64,000 nt of DNA from Candidatus Parcubacteria bacterium. Its GTDB lineage: Bacteria; Patescibacteriota; Minisyncoccia; Phycocordibacterales; UBA918. Location: NCBI GenBank assembly GCA_046050355.1, contig JBJOPW010000004.1, forward strand, positions 5,800 to 69,799, written 5' to 3'. Positions 1 through 9,605 of the stretch are shown here, piece by piece. Numbering within the stretch: the stretch's first letter is position 1; every line of letters begins with the position of its first letter. The notes beneath the pieces were generated by a model. It saw only the letters and a list, made by a program, of their open reading frames with translations. It made no database searches and was not told the origin of the DNA. The translations under genes were made by a program, and so were the position numbers.

Positions 1-1
1 C

Positions 2-1174
2 AGTATCCCCACGATTGAACGCGAACTCGAAACCCACCAAAAGCGCCTCAAGAAACTCCAGCGCAGTCGTCGTCTCCTCAAAGAAGAAGTCACTGAAGAA
101 GATATCGCGTCAGTGGTATCACGCTGGACTGGCATCCCAGTCTCACGCATGCTTGAAGCCGAGGCTGAGAAGCTTGCGCGGATTGAAGACGAACTAAAGA
201 AGAAAGTCGTGGGGCAAGATCATGCGATCAAGCTGGTCGCTGACGCTATTAAGCGTTCACGCGCTGGTATCGCTGATCCGAACCGCCCAATTGGTTCGTT
301 CCTCTTCCTTGGTCCAACTGGTGTTGGTAAGACTGAGCTCTCGCGAGCCTTGGCCGAATTCATGTTCAATGACCCCGACGCTATGGTGCGTATCGACATG
401 TCTGAGTTCATGGAAAAACACTCAGTCTCAAAGATCATTGGTTCGCCACCAGGCTATGTTGGTCACGAAGAGGGGGGTAACATCGCTGAGCGCGTTCGGC
501 ACCGACCATACTCGGTGATTCTCCTTGATGAAGTTGAGAAGGCGCACCCAGAGGTATTTAACGTCCTCCTCCAGGTACTCGATTCAGGACACCTCACGGA
601 CGCCAAGGGTCGCAAGATCAACTTCCGCAACACGGTTATCATCATGACCTCAAACATCGGGGCCGAACATATCGACCGCATGTCTAACTGGGGCTTTACC
701 CACGACCACGGCGAGAAGGCGCAGTACACCCAAGCCAAGGACAAGGTGATGGAAAGTCTCAAACACTTCTTCCGTCCAGAGTTTCTCAACCGTCTTGATG
801 AGATTATTATCTTCGATATTCTCTCACCGGAGACCGTGCGCAGTATTGTCTCACTCCAGGTGGAAGACGTGACCAAACGTCTCCGTGGTAAGGAAATTGC
901 GCTGTCTGTCAGTGATGCGGTCTTAGATTATCTCGCCAAAGAAGGCTATGATCCGAAGTTTGGTGCGCGACCTTTGAAGCGTGTCATTCAAAGTAAGATC
1001 TTGACCCCTGTGGCTAACATGATGATTCAAGAAGGGATGCTTCGTGGCGGCACGGTGCGTGTTGATATGAAGAAAGATGAACTATCCTTTGATGTGAAGA
1101 AAAAAGCTCTCTCTAAGAGTGCACAAGCCAAAAAAGAACCAGTACCAGCGCCGGTGGTATTGGCAACGAAATAA
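2..1174 (+). CDS. clpB: ClpB chaperone, C-terminal AAA+ (D2) portion; 5' end lies outside the window
   Basis: Frame 2 is open from the window edge. Translation shows VVGQDHAI, LFLGPTGVGKTE, SVILLDEVEKAH, and the RWTGIPVSRMLE sensor/linker motif typical of ClpB. Confidence 0.9.
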   Translation, partial: SIPTIERELETHQKRLKKLQRSRRLLKEEVTEEDIASVVSRWTGIPVSRMLEAEAEKLARIEDELKKKVVGQDHAIKLVADAIKRSRAGIADPNRPIGSFLFLGPTGVGKTELSRALAEFMFNDPDAMVRIDMSEFMEKHSVSKIIGSPPGYVGHEEGGNIAERVRHRPYSVILLDEVEKAHPEVFNVLLQVLDSGHLTDAKGRKINFRNTVIIMTSNIGAEHIDRMSNWGFTHDHGEKAQYTQAKDKVMESLKHFFRPEFLNRLDEIIIFDILSPETVRSIVSLQVEDVTKRLRGKEIALSVSDAVLDYLAKEGYDPKFGARPLKRVIQSKILTPVANMMIQEGMLRGGTVRVDMKKDELSFDVKKKALSKSAQAKKEPVPAPVVLATK

Positions 1175-1221
1175 ACAGAATTCATAAAACAAAACCTTTC
1201 GATTGATAGAAAGGTTTTGTT

Positions 1222-2880
1222 TTATTTTTCTCCATGTAATCTAAATTGTTTTGCTAGTAGTGGTTCCATACCAGGACGATTATCGGTAAAGGCTACTTCA
1301 TCAGCGAGTGTATCAGTGGGGAGTACTATCATCTGCTCGTTGAGGGGGTAGTCATAGGCATAGAGCCGATTTTTGATTCTTGTAGTTGTAGCAAATTTAA
1401 TTGGGTCGTTGTCGTGACGAACAATAATCATAATGTTTTGAATGCTTTTGCTGGTTGTGCTCGTGATTGGGACGAGGGTATGGTTGGGGAAAACAGTCGT
1501 GAGGGTCTTGATGAGTGATCCGGTCATGCTGGTGCCGTGGGTATCGAGACTCCCAATGTAATTGAGGTAGGCTACACCACCGGGGGCGAGCACCTTTTTA
1601 AAACTAGCAAAAAACTCAACCGTGAGAAGATGGGGAGGGATGTAGTGACCACTATTCATGACGTCAGAAAATATGACATCGTACGTCGTGGTGGAATGTT
1701 CAAGGAAAACTCGAGCGTCAATAGTGTGATTACGGAGCTGCGTTGAGGTAGGTAACTCAAAGTAGGTGGCAGCCATGGGAAGGAGATAGGGCTCAAGTTC
1801 GACAGTATCGATAGTAAGTGTGGGGTTGTCGAGGTGTACGTGACGGGGAATAGTAAATGCACCACCACCGAGGACGAGATACGACGAAGCATCCTTGATC
1901 ATGTCAGGATAGGTCAGTGCCAGTTCTGCGTACGGAAAGGCTATTTCGGTACTGCCAGGAATAATCGCTGATGAGTAGTTGCTATCGTTTTTTAAAAAGC
2001 GGTACGTCGTACCGCGAAATTCCTCCTCAAAAACGGTGAGTTTTGAGTAGAGACCATCTTGCTCGTAGACGAGCGTCCCGCGACTCTGTGGCGGAGTTTT
2101 GATAGTGGCGGCAGTAATCACTAGCGCAATGGTGACCAGCATGAGAGCCACTATATGTATCTGCAGGGTGATGGTTCTTGTACGCGCGTGGTGGGTGATA
2201 AGTACACTCATGCTCCAGAGGACTAAGAGAAGTCCAGTGACAGCCAAAGTGGTCGAAAGTCCAAGGTGCGGAATGAGGTAAAAACCAGCTGCGAGACTAC
2301 CAACAATACTCCCTATAGTACTGAGAAAAAAGACCGTGCCAACAACTGCACCTTCTTTGTCTTTGTCTTGGGCAAGTAGTTTTGAGACAAACGGTGAATC
2401 GGCGCCCAAGAGACAGGCGGGCAAAAAGAAAATTAAAAGCGAAATAAGTAGCGGGCCAGTGCTCTGCCCGAGGATCGGGGCGAGGGTAGGTAATAGGGAG
2501 AGGGCAGTATAAAGTAGGCCGAGCATCAAAAGGCCAGCGCCACCGATGATATACATGAGGAGTGGGAGATGCGGAGCGCGGTCGGCGAGCCGACCGCCAA
2601 AAAAATAGCCAAGACTGAGTGCAAGAAGAATGACCGAGAGGACGCTTGATACAACGGTGAGGGACGAACCATAGTAGGGGGCGAGGAGACGCATTGCGCT
2701 GACTTCAAATATGAGGACGGCTGCGCCAGTAATAAAGACGGTAGCGAGGAGGGAGTGGCGCGAGAGGGTAGTCATTGAGAGATAGTATAGCGTATTACAT
2801 GTTACGAAAAAAGAAAAGTTGCCCGCGCAAGCGCAGGCAGCAGTTTCAATTGTCGCTTTTTTCGATGAGTGGTCGAGCAA
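1222..2880 (-). CDS. Spermidine synthase-like (aminopropyltransferase fold) protein fused to an N-terminal polytopic membrane domain
   Basis: 552 aa. The N-terminal half is hydrophobic (multiple TM helices). The C-terminal half has a SpeE-like SAM-binding region (LAPGGVAYLNYIGSLD, DVIFSDVMNSG). Confidence 0.55.
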   Translation of the reverse strand: MLDHSSKKATIETAACACAGNFSFFVTCNTLYYLSMTTLSRHSLLATVFITGAAVLIFEVSAMRLLAPYYGSSLTVVSSVLSVILLALSLGYFFGGRLADRAPHLPLLMYIIGGAGLLMLGLLYTALSLLPTLAPILGQSTGPLLISLLIFFLPACLLGADSPFVSKLLAQDKDKEGAVVGTVFFLSTIGSIVGSLAAGFYLIPHLGLSTTLAVTGLLLVLWSMSVLITHHARTRTITLQIHIVALMLVTIALVITAATIKTPPQSRGTLVYEQDGLYSKLTVFEEEFRGTTYRFLKNDSNYSSAIIPGSTEIAFPYAELALTYPDMIKDASSYLVLGGGAFTIPRHVHLDNPTLTIDTVELEPYLLPMAATYFELPTSTQLRNHTIDARVFLEHSTTTYDVIFSDVMNSGHYIPPHLLTVEFFASFKKVLAPGGVAYLNYIGSLDTHGTSMTGSLIKTLTTVFPNHTLVPITSTTSKSIQNIMIIVRHDNDPIKFATTTRIKNRLYAYDYPLNEQMIVLPTDTLADEVAFTDNRPGMEPLLAKQFRLHGEK

Positions 2881-3397
2881 CAGGGTCTGTCATTAGTTTT
2901 TTTCGCAGTTCACCATCAAGGGTTGCAACTTCCTCAATTCGTACTTGGTAAATCTGACATTTCCCATTCGTTAGTGCCTTGAATTCTCCCATGCCAGTGA
3001 ATTGTGGCGAAGTAATATGAGCTGTTCCTATAATGCGGAAATTACCTTCCTTGGTGACTTCTACTGTATTGACGGTGAGGTCACGATACCGGTACTCCCC
3101 ACTTGGACTCTCGAAGGATGCCTTGAGTACGTTGGTAGCAGCTTTGATGGCAAGGGCTCGCTCTGCATCAGTTAGTGTTCGAAAATCTTGACCGAATGCC
3201 CGACGAGTGATTGATTCGATTGCTAGAAACTTCTCAGGGAAGCGACGTTCATTATAGGCAGAGAGGAGTTCGTTTGCACAAACCCTCGCTTCCTCAGTTG
3301 TGAGAGCCTGCACTCTAGTTGGTGCGATGAGTGCTAGCAGAAGAACGGCAAGGATCAAGCGCATATTTTCCCCTCGCGCTAGAGTGTTACAACTCAT
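2846..3397 (-). CDS. Hypothetical secreted protein with an N-terminal signal peptide
   Basis: 183 aa. MRLILAVLLLALIAPTRVQA is signal-like. No confident family assignment; possibly a lipid-binding periplasmic protein. Confidence 0.4.
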   Translation of the reverse strand: MSCNTLARGENMRLILAVLLLALIAPTRVQALTTEEARVCANELLSAYNERRFPEKFLAIESITRRAFGQDFRTLTDAERALAIKAATNVLKASFESPSGEYRYRDLTVNTVEVTKEGNFRIIGTAHITSPQFTGMGEFKALTNGKCQIYQVRIEEVATLDGELRKKLMTDPVARPLIEKSDN

Positions 3398-3467
3398 CTA
3401 ATCATACGCTTGTTTTTGGGAAAATGTAAGCTTCTATAGTGCTGTTGCTTGTAAGCTGTTATTTATG

Positions 3468-3550
<83 letters not shown>

Positions 3551-3627
3551 AATTATTCTTCTTGTAACGTGACCGCTACGTGGACTGTACGTTACCACAG
3601 ATTGTGGCTATTTTCAAAGGGGGTAAT

Positions 3628-4731
3628 ATGCTACCCTGTAGGTATCAATGTATGAAGCGGTTTTGGGGAATACTACTATTTTTGGGGTTGGCAGCTATAC
3701 CGCTTCTTAGCTACGCGGCCGGACTCGTGCCCTGCGGTGGTCCAAATGAACCGGCCTGCCAGACCTGTCATGTAATAGAGCTTGTCAACCGAGTCGTGTC
3801 GTGGCTGGTGCTCATCTTGGGTACGGTAGCCGCCATTATTATTGTGTATGCTGGTTTTAAACTCGTGACATCGGGTGGTAATCGTCATGCCAAAGAAGAT
3901 GCCAAATCAATGATCAGCAATATGATTATTGGGTATTGTATTGTCCTCGCGGGTTGGCTCCTTGTAGACACCGGAATGAAGATGTTGCTCACCGATGGAG
4001 AGACAGCTCTCGGCGTATGGAATCAGGTTAGTTGCACTGCTCAGCCAAAGCCAAAGAGTCGAACCTTTACCCCAACAGTATTTGAACCAGATACCTCGAT
4101 ACCATCGACACCGGGTGCTGGTGTAAACGTTGGTAATACACAAACTCTGGCTTGTTCGGTTCGTCCCAATGGTTCGGATATCTGTACCTACCAGCAAGAT
4201 CAATGTACTCGCAGTGGTGGGGTGCCGACCATAGATAGTTCTACGTCACCACGATCGGTTGTTTGTAAGTATTATGTGGCTGGTGGGGTAACTGGTAGTG
4301 GAGGTACCTTACCACCAAATATTTCGGGTACGGGTGCCTGTAACCCCTATACGATTGCCAAATATTTCCCCACTGGGCTGGTCGGGAGTGCGCAGTGCAT
4401 TATTGGGGCCGAAAGTTCCTGTGGTGCGCGGTCGCAGAGTATTACGGATGTCATGAATATAGATAAACGCCCATTCTCATTTGGTCCGATGCAAATCAAT
4501 CTTACTGTCCATGTGCTCCAGGGCTGTAGCGGTTATCCGGCGACGCTTAATTGTTACGCTGCATTTTCTGGCAAGAATTATAGCGCTCGGGTAGTTGATG
4601 AAGCGCTGTATCAAACTTGCGCCAAAGCCGCTCAAAATGTCGACTGTAATATTAAAAATGGTTATCGCATTTATCAAGAGGCGGGTAATCGTTGGAGTCC
4701 GTGGTCGACCGCTTCAGCGTGTGGTCTATAA
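3628..4731 (+). CDS. VirB2/TrbC-like membrane protein (signal peptide plus two TM helices) fused to a C-terminal lysozyme-like / lytic-transglycosylase-like domain
   Basis: GGGGG ribosome-binding site before the ATG at 3628. N-terminal signal, a Cys-rich loop, then two TM helices with YAGFKLVTSGGN between them. C-terminal half has AESSCGA ... FGPMQIN ... YRIYQEAG, resembling the SLT motifs ES / GLMQ / AYNAG. Confidence 0.5.
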   Translation: MLPCRYQCMKRFWGILLFLGLAAIPLLSYAAGLVPCGGPNEPACQTCHVIELVNRVVSWLVLILGTVAAIIIVYAGFKLVTSGGNRHAKEDAKSMISNMIIGYCIVLAGWLLVDTGMKMLLTDGETALGVWNQVSCTAQPKPKSRTFTPTVFEPDTSIPSTPGAGVNVGNTQTLACSVRPNGSDICTYQQDQCTRSGGVPTIDSSTSPRSVVCKYYVAGGVTGSGGTLPPNISGTGACNPYTIAKYFPTGLVGSAQCIIGAESSCGARSQSITDVMNIDKRPFSFGPMQINLTVHVLQGCSGYPATLNCYAAFSGKNYSARVVDEALYQTCAKAAQNVDCNIKNGYRIYQEAGNRWSPWSTASACGL

Positions 4732-4750
4732 TATGTGGTAGTATCGATGT

Positions 4751-5236
4751 ATGAGTAAATCATTTATTGTCACGATGTCGTTCCTCTTAGGTACTTTTTT
4801 AGTCGCTTTGGTATTTCTCTATACACTCAAAAACACAGACAATACACCAACTGAAACCACTCGTCCATTTGGCGGATCTGAAGGGGGTGTCGTCAGTAGT
4901 GGTAGTGGTGTACGATTTAATGACCCAAAAAATTCAACTGACTTTACCGACATCGGCGCAAATGTGTTTGTTAGTGATGAGCGTTCGCTTGGGACAGATG
5001 CCGGTTACAGCATTGCATACTTTGCCGATGATCAGTCTTTCGCGATTGATATTAGTGGTAAACCCATCGCCGTGTATCGAGACCAAGCCAGTAGACATTT
5101 GCTACAAATGCTACAGGTGAGTGAGACTGAGGCATGCAAATTGAATATTTACGTTGGCGTAACGTACGAAACAGATAATAAACTGTTTGGTAAGAATCTT
5201 GGACTCAGTTTTTGTCCGGGTAGTGTACAATTGTAG
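4751..5236 (+). CDS. Hypothetical membrane-anchored protein
   Basis: 161 aa with an N-terminal TM helix. Lies between the two paralogous VirB2-like genes. Confidence 0.35.
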   Translation: MSKSFIVTMSFLLGTFLVALVFLYTLKNTDNTPTETTRPFGGSEGGVVSSGSGVRFNDPKNSTDFTDIGANVFVSDERSLGTDAGYSIAYFADDQSFAIDISGKPIAVYRDQASRHLLQMLQVSETEACKLNIYVGVTYETDNKLFGKNLGLSFCPGSVQL

Positions 5237-5244
5237 ACATACGT

Positions 5245-6366
5245 ATGCGGATCGGTTTATTTCTTTCGATTTTCAGTTTTGTCTGCCTTGTTCCGATGAT
5301 GGTGCCGAGTGTCGCAGTGGCGCAGATATCGCTTGCTGAGTACGCTGGTTGTTCGGGGACTGACTGCTCGGCTTGCAATCTGGTTGATCTCGCAAATGGA
5401 CTCATCAAGTGGCTCATAGGCTTCCTGTTTCTCATTTTTGCCGTCATTTTGACCTATGCGGGCGTTGGTCTTGTGACCTCTGGTGGCAATCACCATGCCC
5501 TTGATGAAGCGAAGAATCGGTTCGTGAACGCACTGATTGGACTCATGATTGTGCTCGCGGCATGGTTGATTGTGGACACCATCATGCGTGGCCTGGTGGG
5601 TCAGTCTGGGGCAGAAGGACAGATTCCTACTGGGGGTGACGTATCTGGGTGGCTCTACTGGAGTGAAGTGCAGTGTTATACGCAAAAGACACCAACCCCT
5701 AAGACATTTACTCCTAATGTATTTGAACCAAATACATTTTGGCCGGGTGATTCTGGTAGTGCTGGTGGTCAGATAGTATCTGAGTCGCCTTGTGCATCGA
5801 CACCTGCTGGTAATGTCAATTGTATAGCAGCTGAAGCAAGCTGTCGGGCACAAGGCCTACAGCCGATTATCAATACTGAAAACCCAACCAACTATCTGGT
5901 GTCGTGTGTGCAAGTAGGAAGTTCATCAAATGGAGCAGATGGTACTGGCGGAGCAGGAAGTGGCTCAAGTGGATGTTCGGGTGGGACATGTATTGCGTTG
6001 ACTATTCCATGTTCAGCGCGAGGCTGTACTATTGCTCCAGATATGGTAAGTCGTCTTGAGCGGATGCATAATACTGCTGGTGTCTCTGGAGCTAGAGTTA
6101 CTGAGGCGATGCCGCCTTCACGTCAACATAAAAGTGCCTGCCATAGTAATGGTACCTGTGTCGATTATAGTAAGAGTGGCGGTATGTCTGCGTCTGAAGT
6201 GTCCCGTGTAGTAACAGCGGCATCGGCAAATGGATTGCGTGCAGTCTATGAGGTACAAACACAATCTCAAAAAGACAGCTTGGTCAGTGCTGGTGTGTCG
6301 GCGGGAAATATTCTTGTGCTTGGTAGCTGGATTAGTGCTCCGCACTTTTCTATTTATGGCTACTAA
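5245..6366 (+). CDS. Paralog of the 3628 gene: VirB2/TrbC-like N-terminus fused to a C-terminal LAS/M15-like (VanY/hedgehog-type) metallopeptidase-like domain
   Basis: Same N-terminal architecture (signal, Cys motif, YAGVGLVTSGGNHHALDEAKN, two TM helices). C-terminus has HSNGTCVD (the HxxGxAxD-like motif) and a terminal APHFS (HxH-like) motif. Confidence 0.5.
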   Translation: MRIGLFLSIFSFVCLVPMMVPSVAVAQISLAEYAGCSGTDCSACNLVDLANGLIKWLIGFLFLIFAVILTYAGVGLVTSGGNHHALDEAKNRFVNALIGLMIVLAAWLIVDTIMRGLVGQSGAEGQIPTGGDVSGWLYWSEVQCYTQKTPTPKTFTPNVFEPNTFWPGDSGSAGGQIVSESPCASTPAGNVNCIAAEASCRAQGLQPIINTENPTNYLVSCVQVGSSSNGADGTGGAGSGSSGCSGGTCIALTIPCSARGCTIAPDMVSRLERMHNTAGVSGARVTEAMPPSRQHKSACHSNGTCVDYSKSGGMSASEVSRVVTAASANGLRAVYEVQTQSQKDSLVSAGVSAGNILVLGSWISAPHFSIYGY

Positions 6367-6370
6367 GGTA

Positions 6371-6407
6371 AGAAAATACATCAGTAAGATACTGATGTAT
6401 TTTCTTA
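6371..6407. terminator. Perfect 17-bp-stem hairpin; probable bidirectional terminator
   Basis: aagaaaatacatcagta-aga-tactgatgtattttctt, lying between the 5245 gene and tRNA-Trp. Confidence 0.5.
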
Positions 6408-6415
6408 ACGAGTGC

Positions 6416-6486
6416 GGGCCCATTCCGACTCGAACGGAAGACGGCGGTTTTGGAGACCGCTGTTTTACCACTAAACTATAGGCCCG
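6416..6486 (-). tRNA. tRNA-Trp (anticodon CCA)
   Basis: Reverse complement is GGGCCTATAGTTTAGTGGTAAAACAGCGGTCTCCAAAACCGCCGTCTTCCGTTCGAGTCGGAATGGGCCCG. Anticodon loop is CTCCAAA; acceptor is 7 bp. Confidence 0.85.
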
Positions 6487-6526
6487 TGTGCGCACCATAG
6501 TACGCAAAAAACTAAAGAAAGGCAAA

Positions 6527-7438
6527 TTAATTGGTTGGGATTGGTGTGGTAAGAAACGATTCAATGTGAGTTGTGATGTTGTCAAAATCTTTGGGATCGA
6601 CCCAGACGATTGAGATGTCGCGTTTGAGCCAGGTGTACTGTCGCTTCGCGAATTGGCGGATTTTGGTTTCGAGTTCGGTGACCATGGTGTCGTGGTCGAT
6701 AAGTCCGCGCAGGAACCTACTGATATACCGGTACTCAAGACCAAGTGATTCTAAGCGCTCATGGGCTACACCACTGGCGAGAAGCCCTTCAACTTCAGCT
6801 ACCATACCTGCCTCAAGTCGCTCGAGGAGACGGACGTGAATATTGTGGTGGAGTGTCTCTTTATCGATTGAGATACCGAGGGTGAGTGGTCGGTATGGCG
6901 TGTCCGTCACGGTAGGTGTGGGGACGGACCCAAGAGCGGTCGCAATCTCAATCGCGCGGATAAGGCGATGTGGGTTGTCTCGATCAATAGTGCTCGCACG
7001 GACGGTATCAAGTGCCTCGAGTCGGGTGAGGAGGGTGTCGGTATCGAGCGAGAGGAGTTCCTCGCGTAGTGGCTCATTTGGTGGTACCTGCGGTAAGGAG
7101 ATGCGACCAAGGAGGCTATCGATGTAGAAAAATGTTCCACCAGCAATGATAGGGAGGTACTGTCTAGTGGCAATGTCTGTGATAGCGGCTTTGGCGTCAC
7201 GCACAAAATCGCTCGCATTGTAGACGGTCTCTGGGTCCGTGATATCAATGAGGTGGTGGGGAACACCTTGCATCTCAGCCTCTGTCACTTTACCGGTACC
7301 GAGATCCATGCCCCGATAGACTTGGCGGCTATCAGCCGAAATCACCTCACCTTGAAATGCTTTGGCGATTTTGATGGAGAGGGAGGTCTTGCCGGAGGCG
7401 GTTGGCCCGACAATGATGATTAATGGTTGTTTGTCCAT
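6527..7438 (-). CDS. miaA: tRNA dimethylallyltransferase MiaA
   Basis: IIIVGPTASGKTSLSIKIA P-loop and ISADSRQVYRGMDLGTGK are typical of MiaA. Confidence 0.9.
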   Translation of the reverse strand: MDKQPLIIIVGPTASGKTSLSIKIAKAFQGEVISADSRQVYRGMDLGTGKVTEAEMQGVPHHLIDITDPETVYNASDFVRDAKAAITDIATRQYLPIIAGGTFFYIDSLLGRISLPQVPPNEPLREELLSLDTDTLLTRLEALDTVRASTIDRDNPHRLIRAIEIATALGSVPTPTVTDTPYRPLTLGISIDKETLHHNIHVRLLERLEAGMVAEVEGLLASGVAHERLESLGLEYRYISRFLRGLIDHDTMVTELETKIRQFAKRQYTWLKRDISIVWVDPKDFDNITTHIESFLTTPIPTN

Positions 7439-7459
7439 ATTCGTAGCGGCAGTGTAGCA

Positions 7460-7506
7460 AATAAAACAAAAAAAGAAACGCCGCCCGAGGGTGAGCCAGG
7501 GCGGCG
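7460..7506 (-). terminator. Rho-independent terminator downstream of the PRTase C-terminal fragment
   Basis: GC stem cgccgccc...gggcggcg followed (on the minus transcript) by a U-rich tract from the plus-strand aataaaacaaaaaaagaaa. Confidence 0.55.
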
Positions 7507-7556
7507 GTAGATGGCCTGATGATCACTAAGTGATGACGATTTGTTCGCCCGCTTGC

Positions 7557-7982
7557 TCAGGCTACTTGATGAGCCTCGATCTCAGCTTTGACCTTAGCAA
7601 GACGGTCGCTGTCCCATCCCTTGATGTCGAGTTGTGATAAAACCCAAACGACGTCAAGGAGTTCGAAGAAGGAATGGATCGTGTATCCTTCATGACGAAG
7701 ATGAGTGACCTCTCCTTGCTGCCGATCCATGAAGACGAAGTGGGTCATCGCCTTCACATCATAACCGTCGTTCGATTCGAGACGTTCGAGGGCTTCGAGT
7801 AACGAGCCGCCACTGGTCACCACGTTCTCGATGGTGAAATAGATGTGATGTTCCGGGTTGGGACGGCCGTTGACCCAGTAGCCACGTTGTCCGGTGGCAC
7901 CGTGAGTCTCCTTGAGCTTTTCGCGCATAATGCGATAGCCTAGCCGATGTCGACCGAACGTTCGAGGATCATAGTGGGTCAC
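7557..7982 (-). pseudogene. 3' fragment of a host type-I phosphoribosyltransferase (OPRTase/pyrE-like) gene, separated from its 5' part by the inserted element
   Basis: KETHGATGQ is HGEGG-like. The PRPP-binding motif IENVVTSGGSLLEALE matches VDDVITTGGT. The first ~4 codons (GTG, then PPM) come from element DNA across the attL core. Confidence 0.6.
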
Positions 7983-9399
7983 CATCGGGGGCACTCAAGT
8001 CATTCTTGAGGTCCTGAAGCCAACTCTGTGGCTCCAAACATAACTCTCCTGGACTGAGGGTTCGGTACGAGAAGAGATTTTGCACCATCTGACGTTTTTC
8101 ATCGCCTATCGCCACTTTGTATTGCAGATCAAAGGTCGTTGCGAGTTCGAGGAAGTTCTGTACGTCCTGTTCTGTCGGAAGGTTTTCGGTCAGTCGTGAG
8201 CGTTCTTGGGTGAGGTCAGCGAGTTCAAGTGTCATGTTCTGCTTCTTCGCCTCGAAGTCTGGCTTTGAGATTGTGCCATCGATCAGTAGATCTGTAAGTC
8301 GATCCAAGCGCTGCTTCTGTTGTTCGATACGCAGGTCCAGCGACCGTCTGGTGCTGTTGAGGTCCGGATCATGGATGAACTCTAGTAACGACGCACGGAG
8401 TACCTCTGCCTCTTCCTGCCTGAGTGCAACTGTCCGGAAACACTTCTCGACGGCCTCTTCGATCTTGTCTTCTCGGATGGTTGTCGTTGGGCACGATGCT
8501 GTCTGGCATCGATAGTACACTCTGCCTTTCTGCCTCTCTGGAGAAAGTGGGCCGTTACACAACGCACAGCGAAAAAGCCCGCGATAGCGATGGTTGTGGC
8601 GGGTGACCTTTTTTCCCGCCTTACCGACTTTCACGTCTTGGATGTTTCGATACGTGCTCACAGTGATGAGCGGCTCGTGTATGCCGTCGTACGTCGCGCC
8701 GGTTTGCCTGATGCGCATGACCCCGCAGTAGAATGGGTTCTGCAGCATGGTTTCGATCCCATGCAATGAAAGACTTCTGCCCCGGTGGTTCTTTAGGCCG
8801 ATGCGCACGGCTTCTCGGTGCAAGCTGCGAAGTGAGTGCTGTCCTGAGGCGTATTTCTCCAGCAGGTCACGGACCAACGGAGCTTTCTCCGGGCAAGGAG
8901 TCTTTGGTTTTCCTCGCCCGTTGTCGAGATATCCCAAGGGTGCTTGGAAGGGATAGAGGCCCTGGCGCAGCCGACCGTCGATGCCCTTCTTCGTCTCTTC
9001 CCGGAGGTTTCGGATGTAGTCAGCTGCGATCACGGCTTGGATGTCCGCAGTTAGTCGCCCTCCGCGAGAACGGAAGTCGAGACTCTCAGTCGCGAAGTAT
9101 ACACCAACTCCCTTGTCGGAGAGTTCGCTGATGATCGCCCAATCCTTGAGATTCCGTGCGGACCTATCGATCTTGTGGATGATGAGGCCAGAAGCTTTTC
9201 CACGCTCCAACAATTTGAGCATCTTCGTGAACACTGGGCGGCCAGACTTCGCCGCCGTTTCCTTCTCTTCAAACCAGTCAGTAACTTGGAGATTGTTACG
9301 ACTCGCAAATGCCGTAATAGCGTCCTTCTGAGCTTCGAGAGAAACGCCTTCTCCCTGCTTCTGGGTGGAAACCCGTATGTATCCAAAACACGACTTCAT
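7969..9399 (-). CDS. Large serine recombinase (resolvase/invertase N-terminal domain plus recombinase and zinc-ribbon C-terminal domains)
   Basis: YIRVSTQKQ with catalytic Ser, then GLIIHKIDRSARN. 476 aa with a Cys-rich C-terminal region. The last 4 codons run across the attL core. Confidence 0.9.
   Translation of the reverse strand: MKSCFGYIRVSTQKQGEGVSLEAQKDAITAFASRNNLQVTDWFEEKETAAKSGRPVFTKMLKLLERGKASGLIIHKIDRSARNLKDWAIISELSDKGVGVYFATESLDFRSRGGRLTADIQAVIAADYIRNLREETKKGIDGRLRQGLYPFQAPLGYLDNGRGKPKTPCPEKAPLVRDLLEKYASGQHSLRSLHREAVRIGLKNHRGRSLSLHGIETMLQNPFYCGVMRIRQTGATYDGIHEPLITVSTYRNIQDVKVGKAGKKVTRHNHRYRGLFRCALCNGPLSPERQKGRVYYRCQTASCPTTTIREDKIEEAVEKCFRTVALRQEEAEVLRASLLEFIHDPDLNSTRRSLDLRIEQQKQRLDRLTDLLIDGTISKPDFEAKKQNMTLELADLTQERSRLTENLPTEQDVQNFLELATTFDLQYKVAIGDEKRQMVQNLFSYRTLSPGELCLEPQSWLQDLKNDLSAPDGDPL
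7974..7982. repeat. attL core: 9-bp direct repeat gtgggtcac (left junction of the element)
   Basis: Identical 9-mer at 37082..37090 and 32549..32557. The host PRTase reading frame resumes exactly here. Confidence 0.6.
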
Positions 9400-9605
9400 A
9401 GTTCGGTGTTGCTATCGTCGGATTCTATCAGATCTTTATTTTTTGGCGAATCACGCCACGGCCAAGATTGATCGCATAGCATCCGCAAGTAGATCTTCTT
9501 GCAGTGTTCAAGATGCGCTCTCAGAAATTCGTCGTGGTTCATCGAACCAGTCTATAACCTCCAATTTCTTCGAATAGTCCGCGAGGTTTCGAGCTATTGC
9601 CTCTT

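Noticed and set aside
5257-5853. 198-aa minus-strand ORF antisense to the second VirB2-like gene
   Set aside because: Fully contained in a better-supported plus-strand CDS with clear membrane topology and motifs. No ribosome-binding site or domain signal.
6118-6744. 208-aa minus-strand ORF spanning tRNA-Trp and the miaA 3' end
   Set aside because: Runs through a tRNA gene and a terminator hairpin, and overlaps two supported genes.
8117-8515. 132-aa plus-strand ORF (and several others at 8382..9471) inside the serine recombinase gene
   Set aside because: Antisense to, or overlapping, a strongly supported recombinase CDS in GC-rich DNA. Ser/Arg-rich low-complexity translation typical of spurious GC-rich frames.
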